Origin: Candidatus Omnitrophota bacterium
Lineage (GTDB): Bacteria; Omnitrophota; Gorgyraeia; 2-01-FULL-45-10
DNA length: 64,000 nt
NCBI GenBank assembly: GCA_041650935.1
Contig: JBAZKH010000006.1
Coordinates: 29,505-93,504 of the forward strand
Reading direction: 5' to 3'
The translations under genes were made by a program, and so were the position numbers. Each line of letters begins with the position of its first letter. Position 1 is the first letter of the stretch. Positions 28,441-37,494 of this stretch are shown here, one piece after another. The notes beneath the pieces were generated by a model. It saw only the letters and a program-made list of their open reading frames with translations, made no database searches and had not been told where the DNA came from.

Positions 28441-29550
28441 ATGAACTCTTGTTATTTAATGATGACGAACCGCTGCAATATGAACTGCTCTTACTGTTAC
28501 GAGAGGAAGTTTTTCAGGGGCAATCTGAAAGACATATCCGAAGAGACGGCAAAACAGGCGGTCGACTTCTTGGTCGCTAGTCATAAGCCGGGCAATAAGG
28601 CACGTCCTAATGAGGATATCAATATCTGTTATTTCGGGGGAGAACCTACATTAAACTGGGAGGTTCTTAAAAAGAACATCGTATATGTGCGCTCGATCGA
28701 AAAAGAAAAGAAGTTAAAGTTCGGCTTGTATCTTTTAACGAACGCAAAAGAGTTGCCTAAGGACGAGAAGGAGTTCTTTGGGGTCCTTCGAGATAACGGC
28801 GTAAAGATGCAGGTGTCCTTGGACGGCTGCAAGGAAGCCCATGACTCGACAAGAGGTCATTTCGACGTGATCGTAAAGAATACTCGAAAGATAATCGAAA
28901 ATCTTAATCGGCACATAATCGTGAGGATGACCGTTACGCCGGCTAATATCAGGCACGCTTATTCAAGCTTCAGAGCCATGGCGGAGCTCTCATGCACGGT
29001 CAACATGGTGCCGATCGTAGAGGAAGAGTGGACTAGTGATGCGATCGCCATAGCCAAGGAAGAATTCAAAAAGATTATGAATTACTATCAGAAGCTCTCG
29101 CGCATTAAGCCGGTAAAGTTTAACGTGGCCGAGAACTGTATTGACGGAGGATTCAGGCATTGTCAGACAGGAGCTTCCATGGTTTCGATTACCGTGGACG
29201 GCATCGTATATCCGTGTCACAGATTTCAGTTTCACCCCCAGCCGGAGAAAAACTGGAAGATGGGGGATGTGTTTAAAGGCGTGGAGCGATATCCGAATTT
29301 TAACGGCATATTCGCGAAGTGTTATTCGTGCGAGACCAATATCTGCCACCCATGTCCGTCCGCTTTTATCTTAAAGAACAGCGGCCGGGCCCCGGACTAT
29401 TACTGCAAATGGAATAAGGAGATCGAGGAGCTCGTAAGACCGCAGGCCTCGGAGGTAAGAAGCTATAACGAAAAAGAAGTCTACACGAAGAAACTCGATC
29501 TCATATTGGAAGGGTTGGGAGAAATACAGAAGTGCGTAAAAAAATCTTAA
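28441..29550 (+). CDS. Radical SAM enzyme with C-terminal SPASM domain (peptide-maturase/anSME-like)
   Basis: CNMNCSYCY (CxxxCxxC) near the N-terminus. SPASM-like C-terminal Cys array C(IDGGFRH)C...YPC...CYSCETNICHPCPSAF...YYC. The listed ORF start at 28345 is a spurious extension through the Cys-codon repeat. Confidence 0.8.
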   Translation: MNSCYLMMTNRCNMNCSYCYERKFFRGNLKDISEETAKQAVDFLVASHKPGNKARPNEDINICYFGGEPTLNWEVLKKNIVYVRSIEKEKKLKFGLYLLTNAKELPKDEKEFFGVLRDNGVKMQVSLDGCKEAHDSTRGHFDVIVKNTRKIIENLNRHIIVRMTVTPANIRHAYSSFRAMAELSCTVNMVPIVEEEWTSDAIAIAKEEFKKIMNYYQKLSRIKPVKFNVAENCIDGGFRHCQTGASMVSITVDGIVYPCHRFQFHPQPEKNWKMGDVFKGVERYPNFNGIFAKCYSCETNICHPCPSAFILKNSGRAPDYYCKWNKEIEELVRPQASEVRSYNEKEVYTKKLDLILEGLGEIQKCVKKS

Positions 29551-30821
29551 TAGTAAATCCTCCTGTCTTTACGCCGAAGCCGTGGAATAGCGTGGAAAAT
29601 GGCTCCATGGGGCCTTATGTCTTGGCTTCGTATTTGAGAGCCAACGGCGAGGAGGTTGCGCTGTTCGATTTTCTTACGGGAAGGAGGGGACTTGACGGAT
29701 GGGAAGATGTAAAGGTGGAAAGGGTCGCAAGGGCCGGTAATTACCTGGAGGAGCACCTTCAGAAGCGAATATATTATGCCGGCGCAAGTGAAAGGCACTA
29801 TATCGATTACCTTAAGGCCTACAAGCCGGATGAGGTATGGGTGTCGTGCCTTTTCACTTTCTACTGGGAAGGGGTCAAGTTTGTCTACGATGCCACAAGA
29901 GACTTTAACCCTTTAATCAAAATAAAACTGGGCGGTAACTATCCGACGCTTTGCCCGAGTCATGCGAGAGAGAACTTTCCGTGCGCGGATATAGTGGTTT
30001 CGGATCCGTGCGATATGAAGAGGTTTCAGAATATCGATATCGGGTTATACAGGGCTATCCCGCGGATGTTTCCGATACTTACCTCCGTGGGGTGTCCTTT
30101 CTCATGCGCATGGTGCGCGGTGCCTAAGCTTGAAGGCAGTACCATGAAGTTTAAAGATTCTTATGATGTGGTTTCGGATATCGAGGAAAAGTACCATTAC
30201 GGCATCAAGTCCTTCAGATTCATCGATTCTCACCTCCTGGCCGACTACGAGACGCATTTTAAGATAATCCTGGAAGAGCTTATAAAGAAGCCGTGGCGGG
30301 CCGAGCTTCATTCTTACGGAGGGCTTAATCCTCTTTATATAACGCAAGGCATACTCGAGCTCATGGCCGAGGCGGGATTTGTCAGGATCCAGCTTCCTAT
30401 CGAGACGATCAATGAAAATATACTGGAAAACAATAAGAGGGCCGTTTCGGCGATGAGGTGGGCGCTTGCAGTATGGAAACTTCGCAGGATTAAGAATTTT
30501 GAGATTACAAGCTATGTCTTATGCGGTATCCCGGGCCAGACTATTAAGGATATTTATAGGACGATCAATTTTGTAGAGGATCACGGCGTTACACCTGTGC
30601 CGTTATTTTTTACGCCTATACCCGGAACCCGATATGAGGACACAAGGCCTCTCGAGGACCTGCATCCGTACCTATTTCCTTACGCGTCAGGCGAGATGCC
30701 GGCTTCGGAACTTGAAAGAATACAGTCGAATTACTATACCGGGGGTATTCATGTTTCGGAAGCGATAACGGGGCCCAAGACCGTCTACGAGTCAGGGCCC
30801 GCGGTAAAGGTGGCAAGATGA
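29532..30821 (+). CDS. B12-binding domain radical SAM enzyme (class B, possible methyltransferase)
   Basis: N-terminal Rossmann-like B12-binding region (KILIVNPPVF...GPYVLASYLRANGEEVALFD). rSAM motif GCPFSCAWC (Cx3Cx2C). Overlaps the upstream rSAM gene. Confidence 0.75.
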   Translation: MRKKILIVNPPVFTPKPWNSVENGSMGPYVLASYLRANGEEVALFDFLTGRRGLDGWEDVKVERVARAGNYLEEHLQKRIYYAGASERHYIDYLKAYKPDEVWVSCLFTFYWEGVKFVYDATRDFNPLIKIKLGGNYPTLCPSHARENFPCADIVVSDPCDMKRFQNIDIGLYRAIPRMFPILTSVGCPFSCAWCAVPKLEGSTMKFKDSYDVVSDIEEKYHYGIKSFRFIDSHLLADYETHFKIILEELIKKPWRAELHSYGGLNPLYITQGILELMAEAGFVRIQLPIETINENILENNKRAVSAMRWALAVWKLRRIKNFEITSYVLCGIPGQTIKDIYRTINFVEDHGVTPVPLFFTPIPGTRYEDTRPLEDLHPYLFPYASGEMPASELERIQSNYYTGGIHVSEAITGPKTVYESGPAVKVAR

Positions 30822-31144
30822 TTCCTGTATGCCCGGAGTGCTCTAAGTTCGGAGATCCGACAAAGCTTTACATTGAGGGGACGAAATTAGTCTGTAAGGG
30901 TTGCGGTTTCGTGTATCCGAGCGAGTTCAAAGAAGAGGATGGGATGATTCTTTCAAAGGGCATAATAGAGCTTAATCCGAAGCCGGACTCGATCATGTAT
31001 GTGAAGGTTATAGATATGAAGGATCCGTCACGGCAGAGTTGCGAGGTTATAGAAACCTTGCCTCTCGTTCCTATTTTAAACGGCAGGGCCGTTAAATCCT
31101 ACACTGTGCGGGCCCGCTATGAGCTTGAGGTTTATTATGAATGA
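30818..31144 (+). CDS. Small zinc-ribbon protein, paralog family member 1
   Basis: CPEC...CKGC ribbon. C-terminal GRAVKSYTVRARYELEVYYE module shared with ORFs 31667 and 31854. Confidence 0.4.
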   Translation: MIPVCPECSKFGDPTKLYIEGTKLVCKGCGFVYPSEFKEEDGMILSKGIIELNPKPDSIMYVKVIDMKDPSRQSCEVIETLPLVPILNGRAVKSYTVRARYELEVYYE

Positions 31145-31679
31145 GAAGTCATCCTTTTGGGATGTCGTAAAAGCTCTAGGGCTAACGGAAGAAGATATCG
31201 TCATGGAATATAAGGCGTGGTTTATGTGGCACAACAGGACAAAGCCGGATCTGGTGCTGACGCTACTCATGGACTGGCGGTTCAGGGCCCTTTCAAAGGC
31301 GCGGTTCTATCTCGAGGTCATCTTAAAGACAAAGGATAAGAGGGCCGAGTTATTCGATATGCGTGAGTTCGAGAAGGCGCTTAACGAAGAGGTGACCGTA
31401 TACAGGGGTAACGCCGGGGTATTCAATCCCGCATACGAGGAGAAGTTTCATTTTGTGGCGATGACGGCCTCGTTCGATACGGCTCTAATGTTTGCCAAGT
31501 ATCCGGATGCCAAGGCAACGCATTTGCCGGCGCCTCCCGAACATAAGCAGTACTGGGTTATAGGGGTGACATTGCCCTTAAAAAACATCATGGCATACAG
31601 GGACCTGTCCGATCTCGAGGTCTGGATCGGAAAAGAATATTACAAAAACGCGAAGGTGCTTGTTCAATGCGGCGTATAG
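31119..31679 (+). CDS. Hypothetical protein
   Basis: 186 aa, no recognisable motif. Embedded in the operon. Confidence 0.3.
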   Translation: MSLRFIMNEKSSFWDVVKALGLTEEDIVMEYKAWFMWHNRTKPDLVLTLLMDWRFRALSKARFYLEVILKTKDKRAELFDMREFEKALNEEVTVYRGNAGVFNPAYEEKFHFVAMTASFDTALMFAKYPDAKATHLPAPPEHKQYWVIGVTLPLKNIMAYRDLSDLEVWIGKEYYKNAKVLVQCGV

Positions 31680-31852
31680 AGTTTATCGCTAGCCCGGAAA
31701 CAAGGCTTGAAATTCAGGAGACGGATAAGGATAAGAATATCCTGATCTGCCCGGCTCAAAAGTTAGAGAGGCATCCTTATATCGGAGGAAGGGCCGTAAA
31801 ACAGTACAAGGTAAAAATAGAATACGAAGCGATACCGCTTATCGGAGGTTAA
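31667..31852 (+). CDS. Small protein, paralog family member 2 (C-terminal module only)
   Basis: GRAVKQYKVKIEYEAIPL shared module. Confidence 0.35.
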   Translation: MRRIEFIASPETRLEIQETDKDKNILICPAQKLERHPYIGGRAVKQYKVKIEYEAIPLIGG

Positions 31853-31853
31853 T

Positions 31854-32183
31854 ATGATGGAATGCCCCAGGTGCGAAGAAAAGATTAAGCTCGTAAAAAC
31901 AGGCAGCGAGCTCGTATGCCCTAACTGCAAGTACGTTGATCCGAAACCCGCGCCCGCGGGCGACAGTTTCGTTGTGGCGGAGAAAACCGTATCTTTCGAG
32001 TGCGGGCCCGAAGACGTAATCAATCTCTTTAAAGACGTTGTGGTGCCGGGCGAAAAAGAGAATAAAGGGTTTTCGCGCGAGTTCGTATTAAAGCAGGTCC
32101 TTGAAAAAGAGCCGTTCGTGGGATCGGCAAAGGTGAAGAAATATTTGGTCGAGGCGCAGTATAAAGTTACGGCAATAGTATAA
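31854..32183 (+). CDS. Small zinc-ribbon protein, paralog family member 3
   Basis: CPRC...CPNC ribbon. C-terminal GSAKVKKYLVEAQYKVTAIV module. Confidence 0.4.
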   Translation: MMECPRCEEKIKLVKTGSELVCPNCKYVDPKPAPAGDSFVVAEKTVSFECGPEDVINLFKDVVVPGEKENKGFSREFVLKQVLEKEPFVGSAKVKKYLVEAQYKVTAIV

Positions 32184-32204
32184 AAAACGAAAGGAGAAAA
32201 GGTT

Positions 32205-32498
32205 ATGGGTAAAGAAGTTATCGGTTTTGAGGAGGTCACGGTAGATGACACGGTTAAGGTTCTCACGGCTTCCATCTATGCCCCGGCGCAGGGCCGGCAG
32301 GCCTCCAGGGCCATGATTACGGTTGAAGGCGGGAATATACGCTACAGGGTAGACGGTGGAAACCCCACATCCGCGTCCGGGCATCTTGCCACGGAAGGCG
32401 ATATTTTCGCGCTTGAGTCTATCTACGAAATAAAGAATTTCAAGGCGACTAGGGTCAGTACCGCATCGGGAAAGCTAGTAGTCAGTTACGAAGAGTGA
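32205..32498 (+). CDS. Hypothetical protein
   Basis: 97 aa ORF with a good RBS (AAAGGAGAAAAGG). Confidence 0.3.
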   Translation: MGKEVIGFEEVTVDDTVKVLTASIYAPAQGRQASRAMITVEGGNIRYRVDGGNPTSASGHLATEGDIFALESIYEIKNFKATRVSTASGKLVVSYEE

Positions 32499-32516
32499 GA
32501 AAGGGGAAATTTTATT

Positions 32517-33023
32517 ATGCTGTTTTTCCGAATAGTAAAATTTATAAGAGGCGTCCTGAAGACGGGGCAGACATACTCTAATCATCAGTATGACGACGGC
32601 TATTATCAGAAAGGCCTCCCGAAATACAACGACAGGTTTGTAGATAATCAGGACGGTACCATAACCGATAAGATCACCGGGCTTATGTGGGTAAAAGAAG
32701 TCTCGGCGTTGGGAGCGCCTTTTAATGCCGTCATGAACTGGGAGAGCGCCCTCAATAACTGCGAGAGCCTTGTTTACGCGGGGCATTCCGACTGGAGGGC
32801 TCCGAATATCAATGAAATACAAACTCTCATCGACTTCGGGAGGGCTAACCCTTCGATAAACACGGTCTTCTTCCCGAATACTCCGTGGGAGGGATTCTGG
32901 TCTAGTTCAGCTCTCTCGACTAACGGCTGGTTGGTCTGGTGCATATCTTTTGCGGACGGTTACAGATTTAATACGGGTCAGGACAGCAATTATTACGTCC
33001 GCCCCGTAAGGAATGCGTTTTAA
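32517..33023 (+). CDS. DUF1566 (Lcl C-terminal domain-like) protein, tail fibre-associated
   Basis: DKITGLMWVKE...WESALNNCESL...HSDWRAPNINEIQTL is the characteristic DUF1566 signature. Confidence 0.55.
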   Translation: MLFFRIVKFIRGVLKTGQTYSNHQYDDGYYQKGLPKYNDRFVDNQDGTITDKITGLMWVKEVSALGAPFNAVMNWESALNNCESLVYAGHSDWRAPNINEIQTLIDFGRANPSINTVFFPNTPWEGFWSSSALSTNGWLVWCISFADGYRFNTGQDSNYYVRPVRNAF

Positions 33024-33031
33024 GCTGACAA

Positions 33032-33343
33032 ATGGGAGTGATAATTATGCGGAGTGCTAGAAGATTAAACGGCAGGTGGACGAGATTTATTACTCCCATC
33101 CTTGTCACGATCGCAATATTCATGCTCGGCAATATCACGATGCAGATCTCGAAACTGGATGAGAAGATATTTCATCATATCTCGAATGCCGAGATCCACG
33201 CGCCGAGGACGCAGTTCGTCTCAAAGGCGGAGTTCGACGTCCAATGCAAGTTTGTTGAGCGCGAGAACGATCGCATCGTAAGGGCGATAGAGGATCTTCG
33301 CTGCGACATAAAGGGAAAGTTTGATGGAAGAGAAGAGCGTTAA
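33032..33343 (+). CDS. Small membrane protein (holin/spanin-like candidate)
   Basis: Single TM (ITPILVTIAIFMLGNI) followed by a charged coiled-coil tail. Confidence 0.3.
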   Translation: MGVIIMRSARRLNGRWTRFITPILVTIAIFMLGNITMQISKLDEKIFHHISNAEIHAPRTQFVSKAEFDVQCKFVERENDRIVRAIEDLRCDIKGKFDGREER

Positions 33344-33507
33344 AATCGTCTTGGAGATGGATGTCCATGCGTACAAGAAGATTGCTTTTACCATAAAGGA
33401 TCACAAGGGCATGCTTTTTAAGCTGAAAATTAACGACCTGATAAGAAAGGACCTTGTCAGGGACATGGATATCATAAAGAGGATCCTGGAAGCTTCAGAG
33501 GTTAAAG

Positions 33508-33828
33508 ATGGCAGACGCTGAAAAGTTCGACATATTCAAGTTTTTCGGAAGCTTCGCTCAGATGCTTCCGTGGGTCAAGACCTTAAGGTACACCTTAGGT
33601 ATCTTAGGAGTCGGTTTTATCGGTTTAACAATCTACAGAGCATATTTCATGCCTACCAAAAGAGAGGTAACCCAGATCGTGGCCGAGGCGGGTTCCCGTG
33701 TCAGTTTGATTAGGAGGGAGGACAAAAGGGGAATTACCGTTACGCCGTTTATCGAAGGTTACGGCTTCGCAGAATCCGACAAAAGGACAGGTGCCGGTGC
33801 AAAAGCTGGCATAAGGATCGACTTCTAA
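33508..33828 (+). CDS. Small membrane protein
   Basis: Single TM (LGILGVGFIGLTIY). Confidence 0.3.
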   Translation: MADAEKFDIFKFFGSFAQMLPWVKTLRYTLGILGVGFIGLTIYRAYFMPTKREVTQIVAEAGSRVSLIRREDKRGITVTPFIEGYGFAESDKRTGAGAKAGIRIDF

Positions 33829-33900
33829 AACCTCGCAGAAACTCCTTGCAATCCCCGCAAGATACGGTAACCTTGCCCCAAGTTAAGGGGGTGATATCGA

Positions 33901-34251
33901 ATGACCAAGAAAGAGTCGAGAAAAATTCTCATGGATATTCATGAGAAGCATTACGGCAAGAATGGCTCGATTAAGAACAAGAAAGCGAAAAAGACCGCCG
34001 AGGATCGCAAGATCGCGGAGGCGGTTTCTCCGGTACTCGCCAATAAGAGCCGCAACGACCTTATGCTCGAGGCAAAAGCCAAGGGCATAAAAAACTTCCG
34101 CATCCTTAATAAGGCGGAGCTTTACAAGGTCCTCGATCCGGCTACGATTCAGCAGGAAATAGACGGCATTGTAAGCGACGCCGTTATAAGGTGGAAGTCA
34201 GGGTGGTCGAAGAATAAGACCGCCGGCAAGAAAGAGGAAGGCCAGAAATGA
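33901..34251 (+). CDS. Rho_N-like (SAP-like) small basic protein
   Basis: SRNDLMLEAKAKGIKNFRILNKAELYKVLD resembles the Rho termination factor N-terminal helix-extended-helix motif. Confidence 0.35.
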   Translation: MTKKESRKILMDIHEKHYGKNGSIKNKKAKKTAEDRKIAEAVSPVLANKSRNDLMLEAKAKGIKNFRILNKAELYKVLDPATIQQEIDGIVSDAVIRWKSGWSKNKTAGKKEEGQK

Positions 34252-36464
34252 AATACGAAGACAGGGAGCTTTTAGGTCGCATCATTCACTATTATCACAC
34301 ACGCCTGTTTGACGAGCAAAGGGCCCATGAATATTTAAAGAAGACGGGTCTTAGTAATCAGGAGACGTGTATACAGTTTAAGTTGGGATTCACCGGGGGT
34401 CTTGCAAGCGCCGTTCCGGACGATCCCGAGACGCTGAACAAGCTTAAACGGCTGGGGATACTCGGTGAGGACTTAAACGAGACGCTCCCTGATTCGCTCG
34501 TAGTTCCGATAAGAAGCGAGGGCAAGACTTACGCGAGCGTCATGGGTATAAGCTTAGCGGATAACAAGGAGAAGTTTCTGCCCGGGAACGAAGCCCTGTT
34601 TAATATGGAAGCGCTTAAGGCATCCAAAGAGATATATCTTACGGATTCGATCCTGAACGCGCTTCTACTATATACGATAGGGTTGCGCGAGACGGCATCG
34701 GTAATAGGGGAGGCTATTACCGATGTCCATCTCAAGCTTTTCGAGAAGTTTCAGACGAAATCGGTAACGCTTCTTGTTTCCGGTAATAATCTTCAGCGGT
34801 TTTCCAAGAAGATTAAGTCTCAAGGCATCGCCGTGGGCTATATCGATATCGATCCGAAGTCGCTTCCCCGGCTTATGCTGGAAGGCCTTAAGAAGGACTA
34901 TTGTTTAAGTCTGGTAAAAGAGCCGGAGATTAACCCGGCCGAGCCCATTATAGAGGAAAGGGGCGAGGAGATATTCTACGAGTTTGAGGACAGGCGTTAC
35001 AGGATAAGGAGACTGGATCCCTTCAGGCTCGATGCCTTAAGGGTAAATCTTAAAGCCACGCATCAGAACCTGTGGCATCTCGATACGATCGATCTATACG
35101 CCGAGCGGCAGAGGCGTAATTTCGTAATGATGGCAAGGAAGCTTATCAGGCTCGATCAGGGTTTTCTTTTTCAGGATATATTGAAGATAACCGAGGACCT
35201 GGAGGATAGGCAGGCAAAAATAATATTAGAGAAGAAGGAGAAGTTTCAGGAGATGCCGCCTCACGAGAAAGACGAGGCGATGACGTTCTTAAGGAGTGAC
35301 GATATCGTATCCGAAATATTGAAAGACTACGCCGGTCTCGGGATCGTGGGCGAAGAGACGAATATTCTCACAGGCTATTTTACGCTTATTTCCCGAAAGC
35401 TCGATCATCCGCTCTCAGTCATTCTTTGCGGGTCTAACGTATCGGGCAAGGATGCTTTAAAGGATGCGCTTCTTGATACGGTGCCGGAGGCCGATATCGA
35501 ACGCTTCACGAAACTTTCGCCTCAGGTGCTCTTTTACAGGGATGAGCTCTCGCTTCAGCACAGGATCCTTGCGATAGACGACGAGGGGTCGCTTAAGGAA
35601 CTTAACGCTATCCTTACCAGTCTTCAAAATAAGGGCCTGTCGTATTCGGTTACGCATAAAAGCCCCGAAACGGGCAAGCTTAGGAGCCACGATTATAAGG
35701 TAAAAGGGCCGGTGTCGGTTTTGGCGAGCGTATCCGATACGAAACTCATTAAAAATTTATCTGCCCGATTTATCGTACTGAAAGTGGACGAATCCAGGGA
35801 TCAGACGAAGAAGATTCTCTCAAAGCAACGTGAGGACGATACTCTTCAGGGGATATTGAAGGATAAAAAGGGCGAAGCGATAAGGCGCAAGCACCGTAAC
35901 GCGCAAAGGCTTCTTAAATCCTTAAAAGTCGTTAATCCCTACGCTAAGGACCTTGAAGGCGCGGATGGTCTGCCGGATGCCCGGAGCATGCAACCGAAGT
36001 ACTTAAGTCTTATTAAGGCGATATGCCTCTTAAGACAGTGTCATAAGGAGATTAAGCGCATAGAGGATTCGGAAGAGGAATATATAGAGGTGGACCCGAC
36101 CGATATCGAGATCGCAAACGACGTTATGGCCGGGATGCTTAAGTCGGCGCAACCTCTTTCGGAAGAGGCAGAAAAGGCCTTAAGGGATATCGAGGACCTC
36201 ATTGCCGAGAAATCAGGCGTCCATAACGCGTCAAAAGAGGGCATTGCGTTCACTATTAAAGAGCTGGCCGCATTCTCGCACCTATCCGATTACAGGGCGC
36301 GTTCCGTGACAGATGAGTTGGCCGAATCGGGCAGGATCGAGCTTGTGGCAGGATCCAACGGCAAGACGATGCAATATAGCCTCTCGGGGCCGGACAGGAA
36401 CGTTATACCAGAGCTTTTGAAACCTTTTGAAAATCAGGTCAAAAGGTCTGGCGTTCGTAAGTAG
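34248..36464 (+). CDS. Phage replication protein, DnaG-like (degenerate Toprim) N-terminal domain plus P-loop helicase-like C-terminal region
   Basis: LVVPIRSEGKTYASVMGISL...KFLPGNEALFNMEAL parallels the DnaG catalytic core (FPIrd.Grvigf...KYlNsPet.lf.K...Lyg). Later GSNVSGKD is P-loop-like. 738 aa. Confidence 0.45.
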   Translation: MKYEDRELLGRIIHYYHTRLFDEQRAHEYLKKTGLSNQETCIQFKLGFTGGLASAVPDDPETLNKLKRLGILGEDLNETLPDSLVVPIRSEGKTYASVMGISLADNKEKFLPGNEALFNMEALKASKEIYLTDSILNALLLYTIGLRETASVIGEAITDVHLKLFEKFQTKSVTLLVSGNNLQRFSKKIKSQGIAVGYIDIDPKSLPRLMLEGLKKDYCLSLVKEPEINPAEPIIEERGEEIFYEFEDRRYRIRRLDPFRLDALRVNLKATHQNLWHLDTIDLYAERQRRNFVMMARKLIRLDQGFLFQDILKITEDLEDRQAKIILEKKEKFQEMPPHEKDEAMTFLRSDDIVSEILKDYAGLGIVGEETNILTGYFTLISRKLDHPLSVILCGSNVSGKDALKDALLDTVPEADIERFTKLSPQVLFYRDELSLQHRILAIDDEGSLKELNAILTSLQNKGLSYSVTHKSPETGKLRSHDYKVKGPVSVLASVSDTKLIKNLSARFIVLKVDESRDQTKKILSKQREDDTLQGILKDKKGEAIRRKHRNAQRLLKSLKVVNPYAKDLEGADGLPDARSMQPKYLSLIKAICLLRQCHKEIKRIEDSEEEYIEVDPTDIEIANDVMAGMLKSAQPLSEEAEKALRDIEDLIAEKSGVHNASKEGIAFTIKELAAFSHLSDYRARSVTDELAESGRIELVAGSNGKTMQYSLSGPDRNVIPELLKPFENQVKRSGVRK

Positions 36465-36510
36465 CTATATACAGGTAAGATAGAGAAGTAGACATTAACC
36501 TTTTGAGCTT

Positions 36511-37494
36511 TTGATGGAAAATCACGTTAAAGAGTTAGGCATAAAAGAACTGGCGGATTTTAAGCTGTATTTTAAGCTGCAAGGCTACGCCGATGGCAGC
36601 ATCCATCAATACGTCACCTATATGAAAGAATTTCTGCAGTATATAAAGGAAAAATCGATAGAGAAGTTGTCCGAGGTTACGCCGGAGGTAATATCCAAAT
36701 ATCAGCTGTATCTATCCACTGTTAAGCGCAAGCGCCCGGACAAAAAGAACCTGTCGATGATAACGCAGATCCATAAGATTGTGGCGATAATGCACTTCTT
36801 CAGATTTTTGGTAAGAGAGAAAAACTATCTATACGATCCCACGAGCCACATCAAGCTAAGAACCCCTCCGAGAAAGCGCGTCAGGGAGGTATTGTCCAAG
36901 AAGGAGATGTTAAGGCTCTTAAACGCCCCCAACCCCGAAACTCCTTTGGGGTTACGGGATAAGGCGTTACTGGAGCTGTATTATTCCTGCGGCATAAGGA
37001 ATACCGAATCGAGGATGCTTACGGTAAAAGACGCTGACCTCGAGAATAGACTCGTAAGGATCCGGTTTCCGAAAGGCGGAGGAGATCAGGGAGGAGATCA
37101 GACAGTACCTATCGGAAGGATCGCAGCATTGTATATAGACGAATATATAAGAAATGCCAGGCCGAAGCTCCTTAAAAACGATTTGGAAGAGACGCTGTTT
37201 CTGTCCAAGAACGGCAAGCCCTTAAGTGACGGCATGCCGGCGCATATAGTCCAGAAATACGCCGCAATCGCCAAGATTAATCGGAAAACAGACGCTCATA
37301 CTTTAAGGCATACGTGCGGAACTCATTTATATGATAACGGCGCTGATATAAGGTGCATTCAGGAACTACTCCGTCACAAGTCATTGGATACAACCCAGAT
37401 TTACATCGACGTCAAGGCCACGAAGTTGCGCAAGGTCTTGGAGAAGACCCATCCCAGGGAAAGGGGAATAGTATATGCTCCCGCTATTGAATGA
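36511..37494 (+). CDS. Tyrosine recombinase (integrase family), trio member 1
   Basis: HTLRHTCGTHLYDNGADIRCIQELLRHKSLDTTQIYIDV carries the R-HxxR-H-Y catalytic signature. Confidence 0.85.
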   Translation: MMENHVKELGIKELADFKLYFKLQGYADGSIHQYVTYMKEFLQYIKEKSIEKLSEVTPEVISKYQLYLSTVKRKRPDKKNLSMITQIHKIVAIMHFFRFLVREKNYLYDPTSHIKLRTPPRKRVREVLSKKEMLRLLNAPNPETPLGLRDKALLELYYSCGIRNTESRMLTVKDADLENRLVRIRFPKGGGDQGGDQTVPIGRIAALYIDEYIRNARPKLLKNDLEETLFLSKNGKPLSDGMPAHIVQKYAAIAKINRKTDAHTLRHTCGTHLYDNGADIRCIQELLRHKSLDTTQIYIDVKATKLRKVLEKTHPRERGIVYAPAIE

